Part shown: one piece after another, positions 20,724 through 31,241 of the stretch
Position numbering within the stretch: the first letter of the stretch is position 1
Layout of the letters: the number at the start of each line of letters is the position of its first letter
Assembly (NCBI GenBank): GCA_965216565.1
Contig: OZ244170.1
Span: 768,001 to 832,000, forward strand
From: Bythopirellula sp.
Lineage (GTDB): Bacteria; Planctomycetota; Planctomycetia; Pirellulales; Lacipirellulaceae
DNA length: 64,000 nucleotides
Direction of reading: 5' to 3'
Notes under the pieces: model-generated
Told to the model about the DNA's origin: nothing
Databases searched by the model: none
Seen by the model: the letters and a program-made list of their open reading frames with translations, nothing else
Translations under genes and position numbers: made by a program

Positions 20724-22013
20724 ATGTCCCTCCTTTCCGACCTTCGCTGGCGTGGCTTGATTCACCAAACGACTGATGACGGGCTCGATGCCTGGCTGGA
20801 GGAAAAACCGCGCACTCTGTACGTCGGTTTCGACCCCACGGCCGATAGCCTGCACGTGGGGAGCCTGTTGGGATTGTTGGTGATGCGACGCTTCCAGAAA
20901 GCGGGGCATAAGCCGATTGCGGTGGTCGGCGGGGCCACGGGCATGATTGGTGATCCCAGCGGCAAGAGCGAGGAGCGCAACCAGCTCTCCAAAGAGGTGC
21001 TTGAGGAAAACGTGGCGGGGATGGCCAGCCAAATGCGGCGGTTTCTCGATTTCGACTCCGGCAGTTCCTCGGCGGAATTGGTGAATAATTTCGACTGGAC
21101 CGGCCCGTGGAGCTATCTGGAATTTCTCCGCGATGTCGGCAAGAACTTTCCCGTTAACGTCATGTTGGCCAAGGATTCAGTAAAGAGTCGCCTGGGTCGT
21201 GGGGACGACGATTCGCAAAGTGGCGGTATGAGCTACACTGAGTTCAGCTACATGCTGCTGCAAGCCTACGACTTTGTTCATCTCCACGAGCAGCATGGCT
21301 GCGAACTGCAGGCCGGTGGCAGCGACCAATGGGGAAACATCACCGCCGGGATTGATTTGGCCCGCCGCATGCAGGGGGCCCAACTCTACGGTCTTACTTG
21401 GCCGCTGTTGACCAAGAGCGACGGCACGAAGATGGGCAAAACCGAGAGCGGTGCAGTTTGGCTCTCGGCAGAGCGGACCAGCCCGTATCAGTTTTATCAG
21501 TATTGGGTTAACGTCGACGATGCTGATGTTGGAAATTTCTTGAAACAGCTCACTGAACTATCTCCAAACAGAATAATGCATTTAAGTATACGAGCGAGAA
21601 ATCATCCAGAGAAACGCGAGAGTCAAAAGCAATTGGCGGAGGAACTCACGAAGCTTGTCCACGGGGAGGAAGGTCTGATCGCCGCCATGCGTGCAACCGA
21701 CATTTTTTTTGGGGCTGAGATCAGAAATTTGAACGACGCCCAATTGTCCGAGATCTTTGCTGATGTCCCCAGCAAGGAGCTTCCTGCAACGCAACTAGCC
21801 GAAGGATTGCCGGTACTCGATGCTTTAGTGGCCGCCGGCCTATCCAAGACCAAAAGCGAAGCCCGCCGCACGGTAAAGCAGGGTGGGGCGTATGTGAACA
21901 ATCGCCGTGTGGAAGAAATCGAAACTACGCTCGGCAAAGACCACCTAGCGAGCGAAACGGTGATCGTCCTGCGGAGCGGGAAAAAGAAATACGCCCTGCT
22001 GCGGTTCGTGTGA
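20724..22013 (+). CDS. tyrS: Tyrosine--tRNA ligase
   Basis: YVGFDPTADSLHVG, GGSDQWGNI, KMGKT and a C-terminal S4 domain. Confidence 0.97.
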   Translation: MSLLSDLRWRGLIHQTTDDGLDAWLEEKPRTLYVGFDPTADSLHVGSLLGLLVMRRFQKAGHKPIAVVGGATGMIGDPSGKSEERNQLSKEVLEENVAGMASQMRRFLDFDSGSSSAELVNNFDWTGPWSYLEFLRDVGKNFPVNVMLAKDSVKSRLGRGDDDSQSGGMSYTEFSYMLLQAYDFVHLHEQHGCELQAGGSDQWGNITAGIDLARRMQGAQLYGLTWPLLTKSDGTKMGKTESGAVWLSAERTSPYQFYQYWVNVDDADVGNFLKQLTELSPNRIMHLSIRARNHPEKRESQKQLAEELTKLVHGEEGLIAAMRATDIFFGAEIRNLNDAQLSEIFADVPSKELPATQLAEGLPVLDALVAAGLSKTKSEARRTVKQGGAYVNNRRVEEIETTLGKDHLASETVIVLRSGKKKYALLRFV

Positions 22014-22099
22014 AGCTTAGGCCGAGCTAACAGACCGGTAGAAAACCTAGTTTATGGGAATCTCTAGGCACTGTCGTTCAACCTCAGCCAGGGCAAGAG

Positions 22100-22218
22100 T
22101 TGTCATTTCGAGGTCCGCCGAGAAATCTAGCCCGCATAAATTACTCTGTTAGAACTGAGTAGATGTCGCGGCTGACTCAGACGCGACGTAGATTCCTCGG
22201 CAGACCTCGGAATGACAA
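22100..22218. repeat. Palindromic element family B, long-spacer copy
   Basis: TTGTCATTTCGAGGTCCGCCGAGAAATCTA...TAGATTCCTCGGCAGACCTCGGAATGACAA. Confidence 0.85.
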
Positions 22219-22249
22219 TTGAAGCTTCGCACCAATTCGCAGGCGTCTC

Positions 22250-23323
22250 TTACTCGTTACGTACTTCGCCGCCGTTGCGGGTGGCCATGGCTCGCCAGAC
22301 GAGCAGGTCGATATCGCTGGTGATGCTACCGATGGAACCATCCATCTTGGCCACATTCACCACGTCGCCGCTGTGGTAGCTTCGCGAAATGACCGCAGCA
22401 TAGGTACTAGCATCGGGATCGAAGCTGCTGTCGCCCGGCTGACGCATTCGCCAACTGGTGTAGTCGACGTCGTATTGCTGGCCGTCATGGGTATGAATGA
22501 CTGGAGTGTTGGGAGTGAAGGTCGCAGTAAAGCCGGATTGATGGATGCGACCATCAATCCATTCTGTGTGACCGGTCTCATTCTTGAAGCTTCCACCATG
22601 TGGAATTTCGGAAGTAAGGTTTGGAATTGAAGTGGGAGCATTTTGGCCATCGCGCATGTAGGGTTGCCAACCCTTCACCTCGGCAAGCATCAGTGTATTG
22701 GACATGCCATCTGTAAACGTTTTCCCGGCATTTCCCTTGTTGCCGCCAAAAGCTCCCTGAGAATCGTCAGGGTTGCGGGGGTCGTGGACGAGCCACACAC
22801 CGCCGTTCACGCCATAGTTGGTGATGTAGTCGCGTGCATTACCGGTGCCGCTGTCGATGCGCACTTCGTCGCGGGCTTCGCTGGGACAAATGAGCGTTTC
22901 GACACGGGTCGCCTTGAGCAAAGGTTCGCCGCTGGAGAGGGCCGCACTCTTGCTGCCGTAGTTCATACCGCTTTGGCCATAGAAGTGGTAGTCGACGTTA
23001 AAGTCGATGCGATCCGCCAAGTTGGAGGCCTCAACGTAGGGCAGGATGCGGGATAAAGCACTCCAGCGATACTGGGTGCTGGTGTTATCGATGAGAATCG
23101 CAGGAGGGAATCGCCGGTGGGCACCTTCGTAATTGTGCATGGCCAGGGCCAGTTGCTTCATGTTGTTGGCACAGCTCATCCGCCGTGCCGCCTCGCGAGC
23201 CGCCTGCACAGCAGGCAGCAGGAGGGCGATAAGCACCCCAATAATGGCGATAACAACCAGGAGTTCAACCAAGGTAAAAGCCTGTTTGGACTGGCTTTTC
23301 GGGGCTTGCTTTTCCGTTCTCAT
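22250..23323 (-). CDS. DUF1559 protein (pilin-like N-terminus, H-X9-DG-type C-terminus)
   Basis: [40 protein letters not shown] and [16 protein letters not shown]. Confidence 0.93.
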   Translation of the reverse strand: MRTEKQAPKSQSKQAFTLVELLVVIAIIGVLIALLLPAVQAAREAARRMSCANNMKQLALAMHNYEGAHRRFPPAILIDNTSTQYRWSALSRILPYVEASNLADRIDFNVDYHFYGQSGMNYGSKSAALSSGEPLLKATRVETLICPSEARDEVRIDSGTGNARDYITNYGVNGGVWLVHDPRNPDDSQGAFGGNKGNAGKTFTDGMSNTLMLAEVKGWQPYMRDGQNAPTSIPNLTSEIPHGGSFKNETGHTEWIDGRIHQSGFTATFTPNTPVIHTHDGQQYDVDYTSWRMRQPGDSSFDPDASTYAAVISRSYHSGDVVNVAKMDGSIGSITSDIDLLVWRAMATRNGGEVRNE

Positions 23324-23458
23324 CGCCGTTTTCCTGCAATTCCGGGTGGATTTTGGCCTCTGGAGCAATCGAGAATCAATCTCAATTAATGATTGACGCA
23401 ATTTTCTCTGTTATTAATCACCTGTCAAGGCGTGGCCTCAAATCTTCTCGTGAAAATG

Positions 23459-23497
23459 CAAAAAGCCTCGACCACGAGAATTGTGGCCGAGGCTCTT
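23459..23497 (-). terminator. Probable intrinsic terminator after mmsA
   Basis: AGCCTCGGCCAC/GTGGTCGAGGCT stem plus T-run on the minus strand. Confidence 0.65.
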
Positions 23498-23524
23498 AAT
23501 CTAGGTAAGCAAGGAGGGCTGGTT

Positions 23525-25030
23525 CTATTTGGTCTTCCACACGGGATCTGCGTGCGACTGGTCCGCAGAGCGGAACCAGCGCGTGAGCGTCATTTTCTGA
23601 CGTGTGTAGAAGTGGACGCTCTCGGTGCCCTGAATATGGAGATCGCCGAAAAACGACTGATTCCACCCTGTGAACGGGAACCAGGCCATCGGAGCGGGAA
23701 CACCGACATTGATGCCGATCATACCGGCGTTGAAGTGTTGCTTGAACTGACGAGCGGCGTAGCCATCTTTGGTAAAGATCGAGGCACCGTTTCCATACGA
23801 GCAATTGCGGCCAATTTCCAGGGCCATTTCCAGATCCTTCGCTCGGACGACCGACAGCACGGGGCCGAAAATTTCCTCAGTCGCCAGTCGCATACCGGGC
23901 TCGACCTGGTCAACCACGCTCGGGCCAAGCAAGAAACCCTCGCCCTCGGCGTTTTCGCGGCCATCGAGTTGTACTTTGGCGCCTTCGCCCGAAGCAATGT
24001 CGAGGTACGAAGCCACGCGGTCCACATGCTCCTGCCGAATGAGCGGGCCCATGTCGACATCGTCATTACCATCGCTGGGTCCCACCCGGAACGAACCGGC
24101 GTAGTCGCACAGCTCGGAAACGAGCGGGTCGGCCATTTCACCCACCGCGACGGCCACACTGCCAGCCATGCAGCGTTGTCCTGCACAGCCGTACGCACTG
24201 GCGGCGAGGGCCTTCACGGATTGCTCCAAGTCGGCATCGGGCATGATAATCAGGTGATTCTTTGCCCCACCCGCAGCTTGCACGCGTTTGCCGTGCTTGG
24301 TGCCTTCCTCGTAGATGTATTTAGCGATGGACGTCGAACCAACAAACGAAACGGCGGCCACGGCAGGATGCTTGAGCAGCGTATCAACGCAGCGCTTGTC
24401 GCCATGGGCAATGTTGAACACGCCAGGGGGCAAGCCGGCTTCGATCAAGAGCTCGCCCAGCCGAACGGACGAAAGGGGTACTTTCTCGGAGGGCTTCAAG
24501 ATGAATGAGTTGCCGCATGCGATCGACACCGGGAACATCCACAGTGGAACCATAAATGGAAAATTATAAGGAGTGATTCCCACGCAGACGCCGACCGGGT
24601 GACGGTTGGTTTCAGCATCGACATCCGTGGCAATGTTCGGCAAGGTGTCGCCCATGAGCATCGTTGGGACGCTACTGGCAAATTCCACCATTTCGAGTCC
24701 GCGCTGGACTTCGGCCCGTGCCTCGGGAAGCGTCTTGCCATGTTCGGTCGTTACCAGTCTTGCCAAATCGTCAAAGTTTTGCTCGATCAGATCGCGAAAC
24801 TTAAACATCACCCGGGCACGTTCAACAGCGGGAGTCGCCGACCAGTCCGGCAAAGCGGCCTCTGCTGCTTCGATGATGCTGACGACTTCGTCTTCATCGC
24901 AGAGCGGTACCTGACCGATGACTTTGCCGGTGGAGGGATTGAAGACCTCCGTAGTTTCTTTGGTCGGACTGGTTTTCCAAGTTCCGCCTACGAGCGTAGG
25001 CACAGGGTTGGTTGCTGTTGTTGTAGCCAT
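23525..25030 (-). CDS. mmsA: CoA-acylating (methyl)malonate-semialdehyde dehydrogenase
   Basis: GITPYNFPFMVPLWMFP, KPSE, FVGST, GAKNH, AGQRCMA, EEIFGP and GINVGVPAP motifs. Confidence 0.95.
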   Translation of the reverse strand: MATTTATNPVPTLVGGTWKTSPTKETTEVFNPSTGKVIGQVPLCDEDEVVSIIEAAEAALPDWSATPAVERARVMFKFRDLIEQNFDDLARLVTTEHGKTLPEARAEVQRGLEMVEFASSVPTMLMGDTLPNIATDVDAETNRHPVGVCVGITPYNFPFMVPLWMFPVSIACGNSFILKPSEKVPLSSVRLGELLIEAGLPPGVFNIAHGDKRCVDTLLKHPAVAAVSFVGSTSIAKYIYEEGTKHGKRVQAAGGAKNHLIIMPDADLEQSVKALAASAYGCAGQRCMAGSVAVAVGEMADPLVSELCDYAGSFRVGPSDGNDDVDMGPLIRQEHVDRVASYLDIASGEGAKVQLDGRENAEGEGFLLGPSVVDQVEPGMRLATEEIFGPVLSVVRAKDLEMALEIGRNCSYGNGASIFTKDGYAARQFKQHFNAGMIGINVGVPAPMAWFPFTGWNQSFFGDLHIQGTESVHFYTRQKMTLTRWFRSADQSHADPVWKTK

Positions 25031-25255
25031 GGCATGGTTCCACTAAGGAAAAGGTCACTTCTGAGTGCTTGTCCTAGGACGATCAAGGAGCATTGTCAAA
25101 AGCACGACTGCTTATGTCATTTTCCAGGGATCGTACCAACAAAGCACTAGGTAGTTGCCACTACACTGGTAGTAGCGAGCAAGGTATCTGTTATCATAAC
25201 AGGCTCGTCGTGGTCGTCGACCAGGGGTAATCTTTCGATTCTGAGGAATCCTATT

Positions 25256-26125
25256 ATGTCTCGACTCGTTCGTGGCGCGCTTGTTCAGGCAACTCTTTCT
25301 GAGCCCACCACCTCGCCAGTGGAAAAAATCAAACAGTCAATGATCGACAAGCATGTGCACATGCTGCAGGAAGCTGCTGATAACGGTGCCCAAGTGGCAT
25401 GTTTTCAGGAATTGTTTTACGGCCCCTACTTTTGTGCTGAGCAGGATGCCAAGTGGTACGACCTAACCGAACCAGTTCCCGATGGTCCGACGATCAAACT
25501 CTTCCAGGAGCTAGCCAAAAAGCACGAGATGGTGCTGGTGCTCTCGGTGTACGAAGAGGACTTAGCCGGTGTGTACTACAACACCGCAGCCGTGGTGGAT
25601 GCCGATGGCAGCTATCTAGGTAAATTCCGCAAAATGCACATCCCCCAATGTGCCCCCGGTTTTTGGGAGAAGTTTTACTTCCGTCCCGGCAACCTCGGCT
25701 ATCCGGTATTCGACACCCGCGTTGGCAAAGTGGGCGTTTACATTTGTTACGATCGCCACTTCCCCGAGGGAGCTCGCTGCCTGGGACTCAACGGCGCGGA
25801 GATTATTTTCAATCCGTCCGCAACCGTCGCGGGACTCAGCGAGTATCTGTGGAAGATCGAGCAGCCCGCGCACGCCGTGGCCAACCAATACTTTGTCGGA
25901 GCCATCAATCGACCCGGCTTTGAAGAGCCCTGGCGCATCGGCGAGTTCTATGGTCAAAGTTACTTCTGCGATCCGCGTGGCCAGTTCATCGCCGAGGCCT
26001 CGCGCGACAAAGACGAAATAATCTATGCCGACATGGACTTCGACATGATCCGCGAAGTGCGCAACACCTGGCAGTTTTTCCGCGATCGACGACCGGAAAG
26101 CTACAGCGAAATGGTGGAGCTGTGA
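25256..26125 (+). CDS. Beta-ureidopropionase (nitrilase superfamily)
   Basis: QELFYGPYFC, RKMHIP, FWEKFYF and ICYDRHFPE motifs in a pyrimidine-catabolism context. Confidence 0.9.
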   Translation: MSRLVRGALVQATLSEPTTSPVEKIKQSMIDKHVHMLQEAADNGAQVACFQELFYGPYFCAEQDAKWYDLTEPVPDGPTIKLFQELAKKHEMVLVLSVYEEDLAGVYYNTAAVVDADGSYLGKFRKMHIPQCAPGFWEKFYFRPGNLGYPVFDTRVGKVGVYICYDRHFPEGARCLGLNGAEIIFNPSATVAGLSEYLWKIEQPAHAVANQYFVGAINRPGFEEPWRIGEFYGQSYFCDPRGQFIAEASRDKDEIIYADMDFDMIREVRNTWQFFRDRRPESYSEMVEL

Positions 26126-26137
26126 TTGAAGTAGGAA

Positions 26138-26200
26138 TTGCAAATTGACCATTGGCCAATGCAAATTTCAAATTTGCAATTGAATATGGCCAATTTGCAA
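26138..26200. repeat. Intergenic 7-mer-type (TTGCAAA) inverted array
   Basis: ttgcaaattgaccatt...atggccaatttgcaa. Confidence 0.6.
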
Positions 26201-26244
26201 TCGCATGAATGCCGACTAATCTGGTCCGTTACAAAGTTTTCTGA

Positions 26245-27750
26245 ATGTCGAACACCCCAGCATCGTCGGCACGCGTGATTTATGGTCTCGACGATCGGCC
26301 TCCGTTTCCGAAGGCGGTCGTGCTGGCGATTCAGCATGTGTTGACCATGTTTGGGTCGACCGTCTCGATTCCACTGCTGTTTGGCCCGGCGATGGGGATG
26401 ACGATTGACCAGATTGCCCTGCTGATTTCCTCGGTCATGATTTGCAGTGGCGTGGGGACTTTTCTGCAAGCGACCTACGGCTCGCGATTGCCGATTATCC
26501 AGGGCGTTTCGTTTTCGTTCATCGCTGGTTTCTTTGCGATCATCGGTAGCGTGAGTGAACGTGGTGGCGACGCCGCGGAGATGATGCAGTACATCGCCGG
26601 TGCGGTGATTGGTGGGGCGGTGTTTGAAATGGTGATCGGCTTCTCGGGGCTCATGGGGCAGGTGCGCAAGTTTCTTTCACCGGTGGTTGTGGGTCCTGTG
26701 ATCATGTTGATCGGGCTGGCGCTTTTCAATCACGGCGCACCCAAGGCGGGCACGGATTGGGCCATCTCTGGGCTGACCATGTTTTTGATCATCCTGTTCT
26801 CGCTGGTGCTCTCACACAAGATTAAGTTCTTTCAACTATTCCCAATCTTGGCTGCATTAGTCATCGTTGTCTCGCTGTGTTGGGGCCTTACCCTCGCTGG
26901 GGTTTATGAAAAGGGCGATGCTTCATTCGTCGACACCTCCGCTGCCGCCAGTAGCGAGTGGGTCCGCATGGATCTGGGGGAAGTGATTTTCCCCTGGGGC
27001 TATCCAAAATGGAATTTGGGTTTCTTCGTCGCAGCGCTGGCCGGCTATCTGGCTTCGATGATCGAATCGTTCGGCGACTACCATGCCTGCAGCCATATGG
27101 CCGGCGGTGGCGACCCCACCCCGAAACAGATCTCCCGGGGCATTGGCTTTGAAGGGGTTAGTTGCGCGCTCACGGGGATATTGGGCGGCTTCAGTTCCAC
27201 CAGTTATTCAGAGAACATTGGCCTCATCGGCCTGACGAAGGTGGGGAGTCGGTATGTTGTACAGATTGGTTCGATCCTCCTCATTGCCCTGGGATTCTTT
27301 GGCAAATTTGGCGCGCTGGCCGCGGCTATCCCTGAACCTGTGGTCGGGGGGGTTTACTGTGCAATGTTCGGTTTGATTAGTGCTGTGGGTGTGCAGCAAT
27401 TGGCCAAGTGCGATTTGCACAGCGATCGAAACTTGTTCATCGCCGGATTTTCGCTGTTTATGGGACTCAGTGTCCCAGCCTATTTTCAGTCCGTCGCCAG
27501 TGTCGAAGGCATGCAACCCGGTGATATTTTGGCAACCTACCCACCGACGGCTGAAACCTGGTTGGACGAGTTGCCACAAGGAGTTCGCGGTGTAGTAAAC
27601 TCAATAGGCACAACCGGAATGGCGGTAGCCGCGATACTAGGACTATTGCTCGATAACTTAATCCCCGGCACCGCGGCCCAGCGAGGGCTCGATGATCCGG
27701 GTGTGTTGGTGCCCGAGGCGGGCGATATAGGTGTTGAACCAGAGGAGTAA
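26245..27750 (+). CDS. NCS2 family nucleobase (uracil/xanthine) permease
   Basis: IQHVLTMFG, RLPIIQGVSFSF, ESFGDY and TSYSENIG signature. Confidence 0.93.
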   Translation: MSNTPASSARVIYGLDDRPPFPKAVVLAIQHVLTMFGSTVSIPLLFGPAMGMTIDQIALLISSVMICSGVGTFLQATYGSRLPIIQGVSFSFIAGFFAIIGSVSERGGDAAEMMQYIAGAVIGGAVFEMVIGFSGLMGQVRKFLSPVVVGPVIMLIGLALFNHGAPKAGTDWAISGLTMFLIILFSLVLSHKIKFFQLFPILAALVIVVSLCWGLTLAGVYEKGDASFVDTSAAASSEWVRMDLGEVIFPWGYPKWNLGFFVAALAGYLASMIESFGDYHACSHMAGGGDPTPKQISRGIGFEGVSCALTGILGGFSSTSYSENIGLIGLTKVGSRYVVQIGSILLIALGFFGKFGALAAAIPEPVVGGVYCAMFGLISAVGVQQLAKCDLHSDRNLFIAGFSLFMGLSVPAYFQSVASVEGMQPGDILATYPPTAETWLDELPQGVRGVVNSIGTTGMAVAAILGLLLDNLIPGTAAQRGLDDPGVLVPEAGDIGVEPEE

Positions 27751-27756
27751 CTGACG

Positions 27757-29112
27757 ATGTCGCAAACCACCAAGTCTCTACAGCTTCCCATTGTCGATCA
27801 CAAGCCGACGCCTTACGACGGCCCGTCGCGGGACGAAGTGATCGCACTACGGCATCAGTACGTTTCTCCAGGCGTGCTCACCTACTACCGCGAGCCGTTG
27901 ATGGTTGTCGAAGGCCATATGCAATACGTGTGGGACGAAAAGGGACGGCAGTATCTGGATGCGTTTGCGGGAATCGTGACCGTGAGCGTGGGGCATTGTC
28001 ATCCCGACGTCATGGAGAAGGTCAACGCGCAAAACGGAAAGCTACAGCACACCACGACCATCTATCTGCACCCGGCTATTGCCCAGTTTGCAGAAAAGCT
28101 GGCGAGCAAGATGCCTGAGGGGTTATCGCGTAGTTACTTCACCAACAGCGGCAGCGAAGCCAACGAAATTGCGATTCTCTCTGCCCGAGAGTACACGGGC
28201 AATCTAGATGTCGTGGCCTTGCGCAACGGTTACCACGGCGGCACGACGACTCCCATGAGCCTCACAGCCCATGGCACCTGGAAGTTTCCTTCCAATACGC
28301 GTAGCCACGTGCTGCACACGCACCCGGGCTATTGCTACCGGTGCCCCTACGGCCTGGAATACCCATCCTGCGACTTGAAGTGTGCCCACGACATCAAGAA
28401 TGTGATCGAGTATCAGACGCCCGGAGAGATTGCCTGCTTCATCGGCGAGCCCATCCAGGGCGTGGGCGGCACGATTGTGCCTCCGCAAGAGTACTTTCAA
28501 ATTGTCTACGACATCGTCCGTCAACATGGCGGTATCTGCATAGCAGACGAAGTGCAGGGTGGTTTTGGTCGCACCGGCGAGCATTTCTGGGCTCATCAGA
28601 ATTTCGACGTCGTGCCTGACATGGTCACCATGGCCAAGGGTATTGGGAATGGAGCGCCTCTCGGTGGAATGACGACCACCGAGCCGATTTCTGAAATGAT
28701 GGCCAAACGGATCCACTTCAACACCTACGGCGGCAATCCGGTGAGCATGACGCAGGGCCTGGCGACGCTGGAAGTGATAGAAGAGCAGGGCATCCAGCAG
28801 AATGCAAAAGAAGTGGGGGCCCATCTAAAGAACCGTTTCCACGAACTCGAGGACAAGCATCCAATGATCGGCGATGTGCGCGGATTAGGACTAATGTTGG
28901 GAATCGAACTAGTAAAAGACCGCACCACCAAAGAGCCCGCCTCCCAGGCGGCCGCCGACGTGATGGAAAAGTGCAAAGAGCACGGACTAATCATCGGCAA
29001 AGGTGGCCTCTACGGCAACACACTCCGCATCAAGCCCCCCATGTGCATCACCAAAGACGACGCCGATTTCCTGGCAGATTGTTTGGATTTGGTGCTGGGT
29101 GAGGTGTCCTAG
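27757..29112 (+). CDS. Class III PLP aminotransferase, AGXT2/PYD4-like (probable beta-alanine aminotransferase)
   Basis: YLDAFAGIVTVSVGHCHP, NSGSEAN, DEVQGGFGRTG, MAKGIGNG and HFNTYGGNP motifs. Confidence 0.88.
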   Translation: MSQTTKSLQLPIVDHKPTPYDGPSRDEVIALRHQYVSPGVLTYYREPLMVVEGHMQYVWDEKGRQYLDAFAGIVTVSVGHCHPDVMEKVNAQNGKLQHTTTIYLHPAIAQFAEKLASKMPEGLSRSYFTNSGSEANEIAILSAREYTGNLDVVALRNGYHGGTTTPMSLTAHGTWKFPSNTRSHVLHTHPGYCYRCPYGLEYPSCDLKCAHDIKNVIEYQTPGEIACFIGEPIQGVGGTIVPPQEYFQIVYDIVRQHGGICIADEVQGGFGRTGEHFWAHQNFDVVPDMVTMAKGIGNGAPLGGMTTTEPISEMMAKRIHFNTYGGNPVSMTQGLATLEVIEEQGIQQNAKEVGAHLKNRFHELEDKHPMIGDVRGLGLMLGIELVKDRTTKEPASQAAADVMEKCKEHGLIIGKGGLYGNTLRIKPPMCITKDDADFLADCLDLVLGEVS

Positions 29113-29268
29113 CGGAGAACTGAGCGAGACTTGGGAATCGAGAAAAGTAGTTTTCTCTTAGTCCCTCGCCCCTGTGGGGAGAGGCAAGGTGAGGGGAGCA
29201 ATAAATGCCGAAGTTATTTTTTCTCGATTCCTTACCTGTCCCCATCTCAAGCGGTACTGCAGTGGTCC

Positions 29269-29355
29269 GTCGAAAAAGGGGACAGGCACGACGACGCAAT
29301 GTGTGCGCGTGGGTACATGCCGTCATAGGGCATCGAGCCAGTCCCCTTTTTTGAC
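29269..29355. repeat. Palindromic element family C, copy 2 (preceded by a CCCTCGCCCC..GGGAGAG..GGTGAGGG hairpin at ~29163-29196)
   Basis: GTCGAAAAAGGGGACAGGCAC...GAGCCAGTCCCCTTTTTTGAC. Confidence 0.8.
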
Positions 29356-29392
29356 TACCGGGCACGGGAGTATTAGACTAGCGGAGTAATCC

Positions 29393-29644
29393 ATGAGTCA
29401 TCAGTTCAGCGTAATTGTTGATCTAAATGTTAGTTCCGAGGAGCAAATGTTAGAGATCGCCGATGTCCTCGGAAATGCGGGCTGTCTCGATTCATCGGTC
29501 GGAGGTCATCCAGAGGGAGTGGAGCTGAGCTTCGACCGAGAAGCAGAATCTCTCGACTCCGCCTTGAGATCGGCTATCGCAGAAGTCGAGTCTGCAGGAT
29601 ATCGAGTGAAACGTGTTGAGATGGCACGCGAAGCGATCAGTTAG
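29393..29644 (+). CDS. Small acidic hypothetical protein
   Basis: 83-aa ORF with a GGAG RBS and an AGCLDS..LSFDREA..SAIAEV pattern. Confidence 0.7.
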   Translation: MSHQFSVIVDLNVSSEEQMLEIADVLGNAGCLDSSVGGHPEGVELSFDREAESLDSALRSAIAEVESAGYRVKRVEMAREAIS

Positions 29645-29671
29645 CTGTTACAGAATAGAGAGTCGGAACGA

Positions 29672-30169
29672 ATGTTTTTGCTCGCAACTAAGTTCTCAGT
29701 ATTCTGCTTGAGTTTCTTTATCGTTCTGTTTCTGGTGAGCCTATTTTTAGAAATGCCTGACATAGCCATAGATGGTAAGAGCATGGATCACAAGACATCT
29801 ATTCCATTAGGCCATTTTCGATGTCTTGCTTTTGGAGGGAGTCTTTGGTTCTATACCGGTGCCTACCCTTATTGTGGCAGCATCATCGGAATCCAAGGTG
29901 TATGGGACGGAGTGCCAGCTGAAAAGCATGAGGATTGGGCATGGGTCTATCAGCAGTATGGCTTGGTGCAACAGTCGTACATTGACATGTCGGGCAATTC
30001 CGTTGGAAAAGTAAGATTTGGGGATTTCCCAGGTATCTACTATCGGCACTTTGAAACCAAGAGTGGCTCTATTCCTTGGTGGACACTCGCCACAAGTATC
30101 TTCTATCCCATTGCATTGTCTGCGGTGTTGCCTTGTGCATGGAGCATCAAGAGATTAAGAACGCAGTAA
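29672..30169 (+). CDS. Hypothetical membrane protein (lower GC)
   Basis: 165 aa with hydrophobic segments at both ends. Confidence 0.65.
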   Translation: MFLLATKFSVFCLSFFIVLFLVSLFLEMPDIAIDGKSMDHKTSIPLGHFRCLAFGGSLWFYTGAYPYCGSIIGIQGVWDGVPAEKHEDWAWVYQQYGLVQQSYIDMSGNSVGKVRFGDFPGIYYRHFETKSGSIPWWTLATSIFYPIALSAVLPCAWSIKRLRTQ

Positions 30170-30214
30170 ATGAAGTAATTGCATCAATCCTCCGATTTTC
30201 GTGGTCCAGCCCAC

Positions 30215-30637
30215 TCAGCACGTCTTCGGATTTTTGATCATCGATTTGGCTGAGGCGTGGATGACCTTCTCTAGCACGTCCACATCGACATCAGCTAGTC
30301 GTTTGATGTAAAGGCAGCAGACACTAGTTTTGTGTTTGCCAAGTTTTTTGAGCAGTTTCTGGTGTGCGTCGAAACCGTCCATAATGTACAGCGAGATCTC
30401 CCGCTTGCGGGGGGAGAAGCCAATCAGGAACCAATCGCCTTCTCGGCCGCTTTTGTATTTGTAGTGGTAGCTGCCGTAGCCGACGATGCTGTCGCCCCAC
30501 ATTTTGGGACGTTTGCCGGTGGCGGCTTTCATCATTTTCATCAGCAGTTTGCAATCTTTGCGTTTCTGATCGTCCTCGATCGCATTGACGAATTTGCTGG
30601 GGCTCGCGTCGTTGGGTTTGGTTTTGACATCCGCCAT
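30215..30637 (-). CDS. DUF1801 (YdhG-like) protein
   Basis: PKMWGDSIVGYGSYHYKY, GFSPRK and KLGKHK..CLYIKRL motifs. Confidence 0.9.
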   Translation of the reverse strand: MADVKTKPNDASPSKFVNAIEDDQKRKDCKLLMKMMKAATGKRPKMWGDSIVGYGSYHYKYKSGREGDWFLIGFSPRKREISLYIMDGFDAHQKLLKKLGKHKTSVCCLYIKRLADVDVDVLEKVIHASAKSMIKNPKTC

Positions 30638-30640
30638 CGC

Positions 30641-31078
30641 TTACGCCTGCTTTTCTGCAAAGTCTTTGAATTGCCGCATAAACTGCCAGGAACGTTTCTT
30701 GAAAGAGCCCGGCATGAACATGGCCATGATTTTGATGACCCCGGTACAGCGAAATTCAGTATCGAACTTCCAACGTGTGTGCTGAGGCCCTAAATCCAGG
30801 AAGTGATTGGAAACGCTATTCCAAACGCCCTCTGTTTCATAAGTTCCAGAAAACTCGTCCGGCAGATTGCGTTCAGTGATCGTCTCGATCATCTTCACTT
30901 CGCGTCGCCCCATTTGATAGACGAGCTCAGACTGAGCACCGACGGTTCCCGGCTCACCCTTGATATGCTCGAAACTAACCAAGTCCGGTTGCCACGCATG
31001 CATTTGCTTCGGATCGTCGAACAATGCCACGACGGTTTCCCGGGGCCGATTGATATCGATCTCTAGCTTGTACTTCAT
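30641..31078 (-). CDS. SRPBCC/START-like family protein
   Basis: MKYKLEIDINRPRE..WQPDL..MIETITERNLP. ATG at 31078 is preferred. Confidence 0.85.
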   Translation of the reverse strand: MKYKLEIDINRPRETVVALFDDPKQMHAWQPDLVSFEHIKGEPGTVGAQSELVYQMGRREVKMIETITERNLPDEFSGTYETEGVWNSVSNHFLDLGPQHTRWKFDTEFRCTGVIKIMAMFMPGSFKKRSWQFMRQFKDFAEKQA

Positions 31079-31241
31079 GGAGGAACCACGGCGCGATGGC
31101 AATCGGGCAATTGAGGATAATTTGGCTAATTTTAACTGCGGAAGGTACCTAGTGGAAGCTATACGTGCGTTGCCTAGGTGCTCCCGGAGCGTTATGTTGA
31201 AGTAATCAAATGAACCTCTTTTCTTGCTGGGGAGGCTAGTC

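Noticed and set aside
23393..24508. 371-aa plus-strand ORF
   Set aside because: Antisense shadow of mmsA in a GC-rich genome, with no recognisable motifs.
29109..29386. 9-bp direct repeat CTAGCGGAG flanking the repeat cluster (possible target-site duplication)
   Set aside because: Too short, and not tied to clear element ends.
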